Assembly (NCBI RefSeq): GCF_011386835.1
Contig: NC_088797.1
Span: 101,742,001-101,806,000 of the forward strand
Length of the DNA stretch: 64,000 nt
Direction: 5' to 3'
Origin: Chrysemys picta bellii
Lineage: Eukaryota
The notes beneath the pieces were generated by a model. The model was not told the DNA's origin and made no database searches. It was given only the letters and a program-made list of their open reading frames with translations. Both the position numbers and the translations under genes were made by a program. Positions 1-13,300 of this stretch are shown one piece after another; position 1 is the first letter of the stretch, and each line of letters begins with the position of its first letter.

Positions 1-1242
1 TTTCACCCTTCTGCTTTCAAACTTAGGGACAGAGCAGTTACTGTAGTCTTTGCTCTTTCATCCACACAGGGACCTGCCTCCTGTGAGTAGGAGAGAAGGT
101 CATAGTATGAGGCTTTCTAGGAAATGTGCCAAGACTGCAGAGTATAACAGTTTGAAGACATGCGTGGGAGGAATCCTCAACAAGAGTGTTATTTGATAAG
201 AAGATTTGTGCATCTTCAGTGCCAATTATATTTTAGGAGCTGAGTTTCCACATTTTGTTGCTTTAGAATAAGGGATATCATTTTTACAATTGGGCCCATT
301 CCTGATAAAGACTAGCTTCTTGCGCAGCTACATTTTTCAGCCTATGCCTCTCTGTGTGTCAGCGTGTAGGGCAGGTTAGCAGTGTGTGTCTGAGATGCAA
401 TGACATACTGTATCATGATGATGACTTTTGTGCTTTTGAAAATTTCTGTACTAGACAAACTGATTTGTTAGCAACTCATAAATAACGTCTTTCAAGAAGA
501 GTAATATATAGATTATCAGGTCAGCAGGACTGCTGGCAAAACAGAGGTACTTGAAGGTTGATTTTGGGGGCACCTACATTTTCACAAGTGAGGGCTTCTG
601 TCCAAAGGCTTTTAGAACCCAGACAACCTGTCATCCTTCATTAGTCTGCACTCCCTCATATAAGATATGTTCATTGTGACAGAATATTTATTAGTGCCCT
701 CAGATGGCAAAAATGACCTAATTTCTCAGTGGGATTCTCTTACCCTCAGCCTGTTATCATACCAGCACTCAGCTTTGTTCAAATCTCTCATCATGATATT
801 CTTGTTCTTTTGCTAGCCCCAAAGTTTCATCCACTGTACAGTAAATGGTGAGGTATGATAGATTTGCATAAATCAAAACATGTTTCTTCAGAAGCTAAAA
901 CCCCCAAAATGTATTTGCTGCTTTTCCTCCTGTGACAAATGTAACGTCATGCCCCTCTCTCTACACGTGAGTAGTTGCATGGATCTTACATGATTGGAGA
1001 TCCTTACAACTTTTCAGAGTACCTCAGATACTTTTCTATTTCCAGTAATCTCATTGTGTACTGGGTCTTGACTCATCCACTTCAGTGGGACTGAAACACA
1101 TGCTTGAAGTTAAGTGCTTGCTGAATCATGACCAAACTTTCACAATTCACCAAAACTCCAATTGCCTTTTTTGATACTGGCACAATAGTTTAGATAAACA
1201 GGGCGGTACTCTAGTACATAGATTCATCATGTTGAAGCCTGA

Positions 1243-1527
1243 GGCCTTGGCTACACTTACCCGCTAGTTCGACGGCTGGAAATCGAACTTCTGGGTTCGA
1301 CTTATCGCGTCTAGTCTGGACGCGATAAGTCGAACCCGGAAGTGCTCGCCGTCGACTGCGGTACTCCAGCTCGGCGAGAGGAGTACCGCGGAGTCGACGG
1401 GGGAGCCTGCCTGCCGAGTGTGGACCAAGGTAAGTTCGAACTAAGGTACTTCGACTTCAGCTACGTTATTCACGTAGCTGAAGTTGCGTACCTTAGTTCG
1501 AATTAGGGGGGTAGTGTAGACCAAGCC
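1243..1527. mobile_element. PIF/Harbinger-like MITE, 285 bp
   Basis: Imperfect TIRs (ggccttggctacact / agtgtagaccaagcc), 3-bp TSD TGA (1240-42, 1528-30), CpG-rich, with three internal hairpins. Confidence 0.85.
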
Positions 1528-2293
1528 TGAGTTATGGCAAAAGTATATTAAGATGCAAGAGCATCACTGTTTTTTTGGGGAGGGGGATTTACAAGAATTT
1601 GGGGAACAAGGCATTCAAAACGTTCATCATCAGAACAGAATATTTACTTGAGCAATTCTTCCTACAAAGTCTTAGACACCAGGGAAATGACATTTACATC
1701 AATAATATATAGCTATTCTTTCCATTTGCCTTGTAATTAGCACCAGATTGTTCACAGCTCAGGTCAAGTAAACATCAGTAGACAAAGAGAAGAGAGAAAT
1801 GCAGCATTTCAAGTTAACTGTACCATCTGAACACCTTACCTTGAGGATCGAGGCCCAAGAAAAGAAAGTTATGCCCTGGATATGTAGCAGTTAATGGTTA
1901 GCTGTTATGCTTGTCATTCCCTATTGAATCTGTGGTTGATTCTGGCATGGGATGTCCTTTTGAAATTCATTCTGGTGATCTCCTAATGTTTTCCTTCTGA
2001 GTGGGTTTTATGGCTCATTTACTCTTTAGAATGCCATGTAAAATCTTGGCACAACATTTAGCGTGTCGTGCTGGTACATAATAGCAGCCATGGTCCACTA
2101 CAAAGATGGTTCTGCTTCGGTTATTGCACATCTACTCATTTGTATGGTGATTGTGAAGATTTCTGAGTTTCTGTGATGAAAAGCTATATTTAAATAGAAA
2201 GAAGGTAATAATGTATGGGACACATTACCCCATTTAACAATCATTACACATAGAACCCAATTCTGATGTTCGTCATACTGGTGTAAATTCAAA

Positions 2294-2604
2294 CATGGCC
2301 TCCTGGGTGGGGGCAAAAGGGGCAGCTTGCCCCTGTTTGAGAGGGCCCCCAAACTAGTGGAGCTGAAACCAGGTCATGATGGAGAGGTGGCTGGGCCAAA
2401 CCTGAGTGGCACTGCAACCCTGTGCACCAAGTCACAATGCCCAGAGCAGGGAGCCAGTCCCAGTCCGCCCCCCTGTGGGGGGGACTGGGTGTATATGGGG
2501 TGGGCTCACTCGCCAACCCCTTACTGTAGGCCTCCTCTCAGTGGTAATTGGGGGGGCAGTTTAAAATTTTGCCCCAGACCCCGTAAAATCTCTGTGTGGC
2601 CCTG
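2294..2604. mobile_element. Degenerate hAT-like non-autonomous element
   Basis: Ends catggcc...ggccctg; GC-rich core with ggggcagcttgcccc and aaaattttgcccc motifs; TSD decayed. Confidence 0.5.
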
Positions 2605-2839
2605 AATTAATGGGAAAGCCATTGATTTCAGGAGAGTTGCAATAGATTTACACTAGCAGAATTTAGCTTTGTGTCTTTCATATTCCATCACAGGTGTCCA
2701 ATGCCATAACTTCATAAATTTTGTTGGAAAACAGGTAAATACATTTTAAAATCTAGCCTTGGCACAGGTGCACCACTATAATATTGAAATATAATATAAA
2801 ATAAAATTGAAGGTTGACCTGAATGGAGTATAATTTCAT

Positions 2840-2941
2840 GTGGGCTTGATGCTGAAATTACTGAGTGAGCTTCTGTGGCCTCTGTTATGCAGGAAGACAG
2901 ACTAGATCAGAATGGTCCCCTTCTGGCTTTAAAAATCTATA
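2840..2941 (+). mobile_element. CR1 LINE 3' end fragment
   Basis: ...gttatgcaggaagacagactagatcagaatggtccccttctggctttaaaaatctat resembles a CR1 3' tail. Confidence 0.6.
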
Positions 2942-4188
2942 CTTCAATCCAATTAACACATTTTAGCCATATTTAAACACTGGGTTACATAAGGTTAGTA
3001 GAATACTTATTAGACGGGAAGGCCTCTTCATGTGGAGTTTTCTGCTAAACGCCCTCCAAATTGCCTGGTCTGGGAAGTGGTCCATGCTTTCATGGTTTAT
3101 TAGTTCCTTCCTTCCAGCTAGGTTTTATAAGGGCACCCCATCACGGGGTATTTAAGCACTTTGACTGACTCAATCTTCTAAGTTTTCTATGGACAGAACT
3201 GGGCAGCCAGTCTCTTCTCTGTCCTTTTTACTCCTTTACTTGCAATACCCAGCCTCCTGTGTTTTCCCACAAAATTGATACCCCAGCAATATTCCAGGAC
3301 CAGATTTTAAAAGTCAGCTATTCCTCGAAAGCCCGAGCTATCGCGCGCATCTAAGCATAGCACTGTGAATTATCTTTTGGCACAGGTTGCTTTTTCAGGC
3401 CATAGCAAATGTTGTATAGCTTTTATACAGTTTGAAACAGAGAGGCCCATGCTACCTTTTTAACAGAGTGAAGAGCGAAGGGTTTAGTTGCTGCTGTGTG
3501 TGTTTTCTTTCTCTTAGGTCTTGTCTAGGTAGAGGATTAGTATGCAGCAATCTGGGGTGTTTATAGGATTAGGTCAGTGTGCAGTTGGGGAATTTTAGAG
3601 CACAGCAGCAGGATCCACACAGCCAGCTAGTGTACTGCCTGGTGTACACTATTAATTTACACCCCAGCGTGCCTCACACTAACACTCAAGCCCTTATTTG
3701 TTGTTGCAAGCAGAGAGTGGCTGTGGGTTGAGACACCTCCCTTGTGTGTTACCCAATCCTCCAATATCAGGGATAGCCGTTGCAGGAGGGGGGAAATGTT
3801 AGGATTAGTTTTCCACAGCTGCCTAGGGGATTTGGAGGCCCATTTCCCATTCATTTTAATAGAAATAGGGCATCCACACCAGAACCCCTAGATGGCATTG
3901 AAAATGTCAGCCTTAGCATATACTTGAGAGTAACTGGAGTTACAGAATGTTGAACCACTACTCACCACAATTTGTTTAATGTCATGGCTCTACTGAGGCC
4001 AATGGCAAAACTCCCATTTACTTCAATAGAACTGAGTCAGAAGAATTTCACCCCATTTCTTTCCTTAGCTGTGTTGTGTTACTGTGAGCCATTCTTACTT
4101 GCAGCAGGTACCTGCATTGAATGCCCCTCTCTCCTCTGGAATTGGAATTTAGCAAAACGAGGAAATAGGTGGCTTTCTTAATGTAATA

Positions 4189-4392
4189 CAGTGGCTCTCA
4201 AACTTCTTTACTGGTGACCCCTTTCACATAGCAAGCCTCCGAGTGCAACCCCCCTCCCCTTATAAATTAAAAACACTTTTTAGCATATTTAACACCATTA
4301 TAAATGCTGGAGGCAAAGCAGGGTTTGGGGTGGAGGCTGACAGCTCACAACCCCATGTAATAACCTTCCAACCCCCAGTTTGAGAACCCCTG
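4189..4392. mobile_element. hAT-Charlie-type MITE, 204 bp
   Basis: TIRs cagtggctctcaaac / gtttgagaacccctg; 8-bp TSD atgtaata/atgtaatg with central TA. Confidence 0.85.
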
Positions 4393-6452
4393 ATGTAATG
4401 GTTTTATATTGCCACAAGGGAGGGGCAGGAGCTGTTTCACCTGACCAGCAGAATTTCTCAATTGCAATAGTGCTGTATAATGTGACCCTCCAGCTTCATG
4501 TGGAAGCAGTTAAGGGCCCTCATTCAGCACATGCCTAACTTTAAACACATGGGTAGTCCACTGACTTTGATGGTGCTTAAGTACCTTTCTGAATCAGGGC
4601 CATTGTTAGGAAGATGTAGTGGTTTGGTTCGTTCTCTGGCCTTTCTCATGCATATTGTGGCTAAAGTAACTTAGAAAATAATTTTGCTACTACAAAAAAT
4701 AAAATAAATTAACATTTTCAGACTTGCTCTGTTTTTTCCTGCAAACATTCAATATTTGTTTGATAAAATCAGCAGCCTAGATTTTAAAAAAATGACTTGT
4801 ATTATTGAGTGCCTCAATTACCGGGTACCCAATTTGAGACAGCTTAAAGAGGGATGGTCATCACATCTGTAAATAAGGCAAAACTATTGTATATGTTTTG
4901 ACAATGTCTGGGGTTTTTAGAAACGATTAATGCAATTAAAGGAATGTGTCCCCCGACTGACATGCTATCCATCGCTCAAGACACTTTACAAGAGCAACAA
5001 AAATTCTCAATTATTCCAAATGCTGAATTATTGAAAGGAACTCACTCTGTTACTACCACTTGTATCTATCTTAGGGTTTTATACTGCAACTCATCACTAT
5101 TGTATCTGAGCATAAGGACGGGTAAAATAGTCCATTACGAATAAGTATTGGCCTCAGTCATTGCCCAAAACCTACAGGCCCAAAATCTATTGTGAAGTTA
5201 AAAAAAAATGCAGAAACTTCAGAATTTTTGGATTCTGGCAAGACATTGAAATACAGGCAATACACTGAAATACGGGAACAGCAGCTCTACCAAAGCTAAG
5301 AATTACTAGCAATTTCACAAGCCATTCTTTTGAGATTTGTTTATTGTGAATCAATGGAGTATGAATGTATGGTACAGAAAACCCACCTGGAAATGAAAAA
5401 GGTACAGTTACAGCAACATCTTATAACTTCATCACTTATCTGTGTGGCAGGTGGAGGTTTCAAAGCTCTGATCTTTTTCATGCTCTAATGAAGTTTGGCA
5501 TTCTAGCCAATGTGTTTGAGAAAGGTTGTCTAGAAGGCTGTGAGCTGAGGTAATTACACCCCTGGGAAAGATCATTTTGTTTTTTCAAGTACTTGGTGTG
5601 TATAGTTTCTGAAGACTTAGTCATTTTTCTGAAGAAGAAGGAAAAAAAAAAGTAGGGCTTTATTCTGGCCCAGCTTCATCCCCTGTACACTCAAACCCAA
5701 GGCAGTTTTTATATTTACTGCACATTTTTTACTCTTACATTTTAGGAAAGTGAAAAATGTTATCACCTAGGGAGGAAAGAATAGCCCCACAAAAGATTTA
5801 CTAGCTCAAGAGTTTCTTTCAGCTGAACTAGTGAAATAACAATAGGGCCATAAATAGAAGAAATAATTCCAAACAATGAAACACTCCATTCAAAGACTAT
5901 AATTTTGCTCCATCCAGATGAAATTTTTATTAAAACACAAATCTAAAATGAAAGTATGGGAAGATTTCATGTGTCTTTGCCACTGTAGCAAATCCTGAAC
6001 TGTTGTCGTTCCATAATTTTTATGTGTATCTTTACTTCCTAGTTTCAGATGGGGCTAAAAATGGAAGTACGGAAATAGTCCAAGAAAATTCATTCTCAAG
6101 GCTTTCACTAGTCTAGGAGAAACCAGGAAGTATTGGAAATCTAATGGAGAAGGCTGACTGAGCTTATAGTATTTCAGCCTGATTTACAGCTCAAAGAGTT
6201 TCAGGTAAGCACTCAAACTAGTTTGGGAACTATGAACAGTCTAGTTATAGAGCTCTTGGTAAGCCTTGGTATACAAGACCTGATCCAACGTCTCTGAAGT
6301 CAATAGGCCTCTTTCCCTTGATAAAGGGAATCAGATCAAACTCAAAGTGTATAAGTGAGTTTTATGATTCGCTATGGATAAGAGCCCATAGTAGGAGACA
6401 GTAGACAAAGATTAATCAAATGGCCTTATAATTTTGGTGATTTCCAACAAAC

Positions 6453-6458
6453 TTTATT
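6453..6458 (-). terminator. Putative polyadenylation signal AATAAA of DPYSL4
   Basis: Plus strand reads tttatt, at the end of the UTR-like AT-rich tract about 1.3 kb after the stop. Confidence 0.55.
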
Positions 6459-7436
6459 GAAAGCAATGAACAAAAAACAAAATAGTGATTTTGTTGACAT
6501 TACATGCATAGTTTTATGGAATGATACTGCATATAAGATCACCTTTACTGTACATAGCTTTAAATATAATAAACCTGTTGTATTAAGCTTTATAAAAGAG
6601 TCCATCAGATGCAACTGGCCTTCAAATGTGCCTCTGCTTGGTACTTGGAAAATTGTATAAATAATCTTTAAAAAACAAGTCTAACAAAAAGACTAAAATA
6701 CACTGGAACGTCCACTGTCATCTCTGTGTTCCAGAAATACAACTATGGAAAAAAAACCCAAAAAACTCAATGCATTAGTATGCCTATATCGACACTATGA
6801 CAACTAACTCCATGAACATTCAGACCACACTTCGATTTCTTATATTCATGCTGTCACATTGGTACAGAGTGACAATGATTCCCAAGGCATGTTCAAGGCC
6901 TGCGCAATGAGATAGTATAAATAGATGATTATTGATCATTTCAACCACAAGATATATATAACTAACTGTATTAAAAACATACAGAGTTGAGTGTTTACCA
7001 GTTAAAATTCCTTAGAGTACAAAGGGCAGTAGTTGTTATCGGAAAGGAAACAAAGAACCTATTAAACACAAAACATGTCTACAGCTTTGTCCTGATTACA
7101 AGACAGCCAGCAGCACTGCTGAACACATTTTTAAATGAACTTCATATTGTTTACATGCATGTGTTAAAGATCTGCTGAATATCTATTTGAGAGAGAAACA
7201 TATTTAAAATACTTGATGGTTGTTCTATTATCTTGGGTATTTTTAGCCTATTTTCCACTCAGAGAAAGATGGGGGGGGGGGGGGTAAACTGATGCATGGT
7301 TAATTTCATCCTGAGCTTGATGGCAGATCAATTTTATATTTCCATGGTGTCCACTCCACCCAAGCCCCTTGCACATGATAATTAATTGTTAAGGTTGCTA
7401 CTTAGAGCTGCACTTCTGTTGCTTACAGCTCATAAA

Positions 7437-7612
7437 ATCATAGAGTAACAGGGTTGGAAGGGACTCAGAAAGTCATCTAGTCCAACCCCCTACTCAAAGC
7501 AGGACCAATCCCCAATTTTTGGCCCAGATCTCTAAATGGTTCCCTCAAGGATTGAACTCACAACCCTAGGTTTAGCAGGCCAATGCTCAAACCACTGAGC
7601 TATCCCTCCCCC
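7437..7612 (-). mobile_element. tRNA-derived Pol III SINE with CR1-like tail (tortoise PolIII/SINE type)
   Basis: Minus strand: A box TAGCTCAGTGG, B box GAGTTCAATCC, then tail ...gggttggactagatgac...ccttccaaccctgttactctatgat; flanking direct repeat ctcataaa (7429-36, 7613-20). Confidence 0.88.
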
Positions 7613-7777
7613 CTCATAAAGCAAGGTGTTCTGGGTGAGTGTAAACAAGGCAATCTTTTAAGATACATTTTCTGTAACTGTGAAACTGATGTTGAAAAAT
7701 GCAGTTCTCCAGATCACCTGCTCCAGTGGAAACCAAGACTGATTGGCAAGGAATACAATACATCACATTTGGAATCA

Positions 7778-7869
7778 TTATGACAAAGATGTAATATTGG
7801 AACGTCCACCAGGGGGTGCGATGATTTTTTGAGCAGGACGTCTTGCAATATGGTCATCTGTTTGAGATC
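7778..7869 (-). CDS. DPYSL4: DPYSL4 exon 14 coding part [30 protein letters not shown]
   Basis: 92 nt, ttctcttctag|, ends TAA. The C-terminus RSNITSLS is CRMP3-type. Total short CDS is 1725 nt. Confidence 0.97.
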
Positions 7870-9139
7870 CTAGAAGAGAAGGCATAGAACTTGAAGAGCT
7901 ACAAACAAGTGACAGCCCCATTGATTTAAATACAGGAATTATTAAATGAAATGTTTTTGTTCATAACAATATATATGTACATGGGTAATCAATAGCAATT
8001 TATTTGTCTTTAATGCATATTGATTTGGAAACTGAACAATAAAATTCAAACAAAAATAAATACCTACACTTTTTATACTTTGGGACAACTTTATAAATAA
8101 GGTATGTAGCATGACATGACCAATGAACTGTATAATCTGTAGAATCTTGTAATTTTTAGTTAAAATGCTTTTGAATTTTAGCAACCCTTCTAATCACCAC
8201 TGAAGCTACAAACTATACTGATAATTTGAAGATCAAATAATATTATTATGTTTTCATGCTCAGACTGAGATAGAACCAAAGCATATTTCAAGCTTAGTAG
8301 TGGGGAAACTAAACATGCTACTATACATAATGAGAATAAATTAAAAGGGTTAATTATAGGAAATGCTGTCAAATGCAATGAAAGACTGTATTCTAATTGG
8401 AAGGAACTGGAAAATTCTAACTGCTTTCCTGGAAAGATCTTTTGCATATTCATTCTAGGACTTTTTTGTAATGATTTGTTTCTCCATGAATAAATAGTTT
8501 CCAGATAATAACATTTTGGGACTTCATTTCATGTAGAGCTGTCAAGGATCCATGTGATCTCAGCCAAGTAAGCGAAGAGTTTTATCAGTAACTGTATAAT
8601 GTGGCATTTGCTTTCAAAATTCTTCTTAGCTATGGTACACATGTTCATGCACCAAGTACAGTGTGACACAAAGCTGAGCAGCACATGCATGATGTCCATA
8701 TATGCCAAATGACTGAAGAACGTATGTGTGGTACTCCCATGATTCAAATAAGACTCAAAATTGCATCACTGTGGATAAAATAGCAGAAACTACACCTTTC
8801 ATGGTATGATTTTTTTTATGTAGAAGTCAAATTTCAACTTTATTTACACCAGGATTTATATCAAAATTAACATGAAATAAATTTAAACCTACTATTGTAC
8901 AAGTAGATATGCAGTACTCTTCCCATTCCTAATGGCTGTCATAACAACTAGTTTGAATCTTCAATTCAGGAAACTCACAAGCAGTAAATCATTTATGTGA
9001 GTGTATGATGCCTTTATAGAGATGTGACAGTCTCCACGCCATTGGTTGAAGCGCTGCTGTTCTGAGCATTTGTCATAAGATCTGGGTGACCATTCCCCCT
9101 TATATCCACTTCCACTATTAGCTACTAGTTTAGTTGTGA

Positions 9140-9700
9140 TTCTCCCCTTTTTAAATAAAATCTTGAGACAATCTTTTCATCTAGCCATTGACCTCCCCTA
9201 AAACAAGCTACTGTACATGAGCATTTGTCATCTCACCTCCACTCTAGCCATAGTACTGAATTCGTCCATAGCTGTATCTGTGCTTAGTAATTTTCTCTTC
9301 TGTAACTATGATTCCTTCTCACTCCCTCTCTCCCCATCTGCCTTGACCTTTGCGCTTTAACCATATAATACTACTTGATGCCTTTTCTTAGTTTGTTTGC
9401 ATCTCAGCCATCTTCCTCTCATAGGTTTCCTATATATCCAACCACTTATTTTATGGAATTGGAAAAGGACACAACTCAGGCTGATTTCCTGGCCTCAGTG
9501 AAGTTAATAAGAATTTTGCCATCAATTTCAATGGGGCCAAGATTTCAACCTCTGTTGTCAGACCTCATCAGTCTGATGCCTGTCCTTGGCTCTTTTGTCT
9601 TCTCTGTTTCATACCCATTGGCCACCTCAATTTTTAATTCAAACTTGACATGCATCCTCTCTGGTATCTTGTGACCTACATACTTTAATGTATTTGCATG
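9140..9700 (+). mobile_element. Highly decayed L2/CR1-clade RT remnant
   Basis: Scattered motifs LPFLNKIL, HSTE and VLGSFVFS correspond to the RT motifs LPFLSKIL, HSTETA and VLGPLLFS. Confidence 0.4.
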
Positions 9701-10144
9701 GATAGCTTTCAACCACCTGGAAGAATTTTGTGTTGCTTTTGTATGTAAGATACTATAGCTCTGCAAATTGTACTGTAGCGGGAAAAGTGATTTCTCAAAA
9801 GCAGCAAGGCAATCATCACATAAACTTAGTTGTTAATACATTTTGTCTTTTACATTAGCAGAAATTACTAATGCAATTCTATACCTCTATCATTTTCTTC
9901 TACTTGAGTAACATAACATAAGCTCTGACCCTGCTATTGAACTCAATTTGAATGTACCCCTGCATCCGTTTGGAGTTGCATTAACTTCAGCAGGGTTCCT
10001 CCTGGGTGCACAAGTCTGCCTGCAGGGAGCTCACTGCAAGACTGGGGTATGGTTTGTAAACAATATTTGCACTTCTCAGTCAGTCTAAGCTACCCATGTT
10101 CATCTCTACCTGCAAATGCTACTGTACCCACTGAGCAAACTTAC

Positions 10145-10316
10145 CAGACAAGCTGAATCCTGACAGATGCAGATTACGGACAGGAAAAGTTGGTATTTTG
10201 CCTGAGCAGGGAGCTATCCTTGAAGTAGGAGTGGGGGCTGCAGCTTTAGCAGTCACTATGACATCATGAACTGGCCCATCATAAAGCCCCCTTGGAACAC
10301 CATGAATTTCAGCAAG
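10145..10316 (-). CDS. DPYSL4: DPYSL4 exon 13 LAEIHGVPRGLYDGPVHDVIVTAKAAAPTPTSRIAPCSGKIPTFPVRNLHLSGFSLS
   Basis: 172 nt, ctcgctacag| ... |gtaagt. LAEIHGVPRGLYDGPVH is CRMP3-type. Confidence 0.96.
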
Positions 10317-13300
10317 CTGTAGCGAGATAGAGGATAAACATGTGAGCTGATTCTGAATGAAATGATGAGAAATTTGAAGCTGAAATCTGTTCCCTTACTG
10401 ATTTTTCTTCTCTCCGTCATACATATCCTGAGTTATTATTGTGGGGGGGGGGGGGGGCGGGTTGCACATAAGTTCAGGTTATTTGTTTGAGAAGAACGAA
10501 CATTAAACATTTGCTCTGGAAAATTATTTTACAAGGAGTTACGTAGATTTTGGCCGGCATAAAAAAGAAAATGGCAGGTCAGTTTTGGGCTCTATCATCC
10601 ATGTCAGTCTCCCGTAGAAAGGTCCCTTTCCATTAAATTGGCCACCTGGTGATGATATGGTAGCCTGGCTCCCGCAAAATATAATACCGAGAGATGAAAT
10701 AGGAAGTGTTTGCTGTCAGTGTATCTTGGACACAGTGAACATGGTTCTCATTTACATGAAGGCCCCATTACACTGCTCTCACCTTAAATTACAATAACAC
10801 CCAGTTTCAGGCCCCTTTACACTGCCAGAACTGTGTAAAGGGGTCTTAGGGAAAATCAGAATCAAGCCCAGTGTGTCTTCAGGGTTCGATCATTAATTTT
10901 ATTACTATTAATACTGTTAATGTCTTTATTTTTACAGTGCCTCGGTGCATGCTGAGCACTGTACACTACCACAGAAAGATATTGGCCCTTCCCTCAACAG
11001 CTTGCAATCCAGTTGATTCTTCAAACCAGTATTCTTCACCTCCTAACACTGAGATCAATATTTTCATCTCCAGGGCTAGATTGGCACTTTGCAGTGGCCA
11101 TGAGAAAAGAGCAGTGCATAATTTTGGCTTATTGGCAAAAGGCTTACTGTATTTTTATTTTTTGTTACAGAGAACACACAAAAATGGCATTTTTCCACCT
11201 CACATTCCATTCTGTTTTTCCTTTGGTATGTTGTGAGTTCTGATGTGACAACTCAACGGAACCTGACACGGCATGATTACAATGTCCTATTGCATCAGGT
11301 GCTACTTTAAATCATCCATCTTCTTGACTGGTAGAAAGATCTGAAGCTAGTGCAGAGAAATAGCTACATTACCAGTACTCCATTCACATTATTACCTGCG
11401 GCTAGCTAGTTCTCATCCCAAGCCACTTTATGTACCAGTCATTTTATGATCAAAAATTAGTACAGAGCATTTAGAAAATAGAAAAAGGTTTGGGTTTGAG
11501 CATAATGAAGTCAGGACAGATACAAATTGTAAAGAATAACTATTCTGCATTTTAAAATAGCATTTCAGTTTCACTGCTAACCTGTCATGCCATCTGATCT
11601 TCATCTCTGTAATACTGAAAACTGTGTAAAGTTGATATCCAATGCAATATTTTCCAACACCATTTTGGACCCTTTTCTCTCTCTCCAAAAAGCCATTGCT
11701 AGACAAGGGACCAAAAAATGTAATGCAGACAACCAGACTAACTGCCCATAATATCAAATGTGACTGCCCAAATGAATTAACTTCACAAGCAATCAACGAC
11801 CACCTGATCTGATGCCCAATTATTATTTAACTCGGAGTCTAGGAACCTCCAGCTTCATGTGAGCAAAAAGTTTATATTTAGCAAAGTGCCTTCCTTGGAT
11901 GATGAAAAATGACACAATGTTTTTACTTTCAAACATAACATAGATGGAGTTTGATTGGTAGCAAATAGCCTGGAGGCCTTTTGTCACATCGAGTGGGATC
12001 AACCAGACTTAGCAATCGTTTATCTGCAAGTTAAAGAAGGGTGCAAAATATGAGGGGAAAATGCAGGTAGGAGAGCATACAGGAGCAATTCTTCATATTT
12101 CAGGATAAGTGTCATTTTCATGGCCATACCAGAAAGTTAGGAAGGAGTGCAGGTGGGTGAGAGGGCAGGTAATATGGTCACTGCACTGATCATTGCTTCC
12201 ACTCTAGTTTTAAATGACCATAGGTGGCCGCTTTAAAAGCTAAGGCTAGCTACTATGAACAGGATTTATAGTTTTTACAAGGCTCTGTCAGTTTCTTTTA
12301 CTTATTCTGCCTTCCACTGGTGTGCCTCTATTACAGCAATGAATTCACAGAGAAAAGAAAAGCTACAGTAAATCATGTCATGTGGTTATTGCTGTAGTTG
12401 CCGATGTGCGTTGGTGTATTTGGGAGAAATGAAGTGGTTACTGATACTTGCCCTCCATACATCAAATAATGAAAACATCCACAAAACACATGGAAAAATG
12501 GAGGCGTGGTGCAGCTAAGAGATGATATAAAGATCCACCAAAGGAAGCTAGTGTAGAATAAGTCTTATTGGCCCTATAAAATGAAGGAACTACAGAAAAT
12601 ATTTCTGAGCTCCTTGTATTGACACCTTATCTATTAACTATTTACTTACAAACAGAAATAGATAATTCCTGTGACAGAATTGCCATACCAGTTCCTATAT
12701 TATCCCTTCTCCCAGTTGCCAGCATAGGGGATATGGCTAGCAGGAAGGGAACAATCCAGGGCACAAATGAGCAACCTAAAGAATAAGTCAAATCCGGAGA
12801 GGTATTGGGAACTCCCTGTTCCCCTGAAATCCCTATTGACTGACATTTTTTAGAATTTTCTCCAGTCTAAATATTCTTAGATGAGTACATACTTGCTACA
12901 ATCACATACATGTAACAGATTTAAAGTATTTGGCCAGAACATACTAATGACCAATTTGCACAATTGGAGGCAATAAGAGTGCCAACAATGGCTGAAAAGA
13001 CCTGTGAGAAGAAATTAATTAATTTCATTATGGGATATATCACCAAGTGTGGTTTCCTACATTGGCTATTTGAAATAAAAATATCAGAGACCCACTAAGC
13101 CCGGGACATCTCTAATGAGAAATATCTACAGTTAAATTGTAAAAATGTTGCCATCATTTCATTATAATGTATCATGTCATTGAGATTAAATATATTATTT
13201 TAACATCTTTTACCTTTCAAACTGAATTTAGAAGGACCATGTAATTAGATACATAATGCATCTTACGTCTTTGTACTTTTCCTGTATTGGATGATAAGGT

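Larger units (their letters stand above)
6435..7777 (-). other. DPYSL4: DPYSL4 3' UTR (approximate end)
   Basis: Follows the stop codon; AT-rich. The end is inferred from AATAAA at 6458-6453. Confidence 0.6.

Noticed and set aside
1-6400. STK32C terminal exons expected by synteny
   Set aside because: I could not find a recognisable STK32C C-terminal peptide on the plus strand.
7540-7612. tRNA-like sequence with A and B boxes
   Set aside because: It is the head of a SINE, fused to a CR1-like tail and flanked by a direct repeat; not a tRNA gene.
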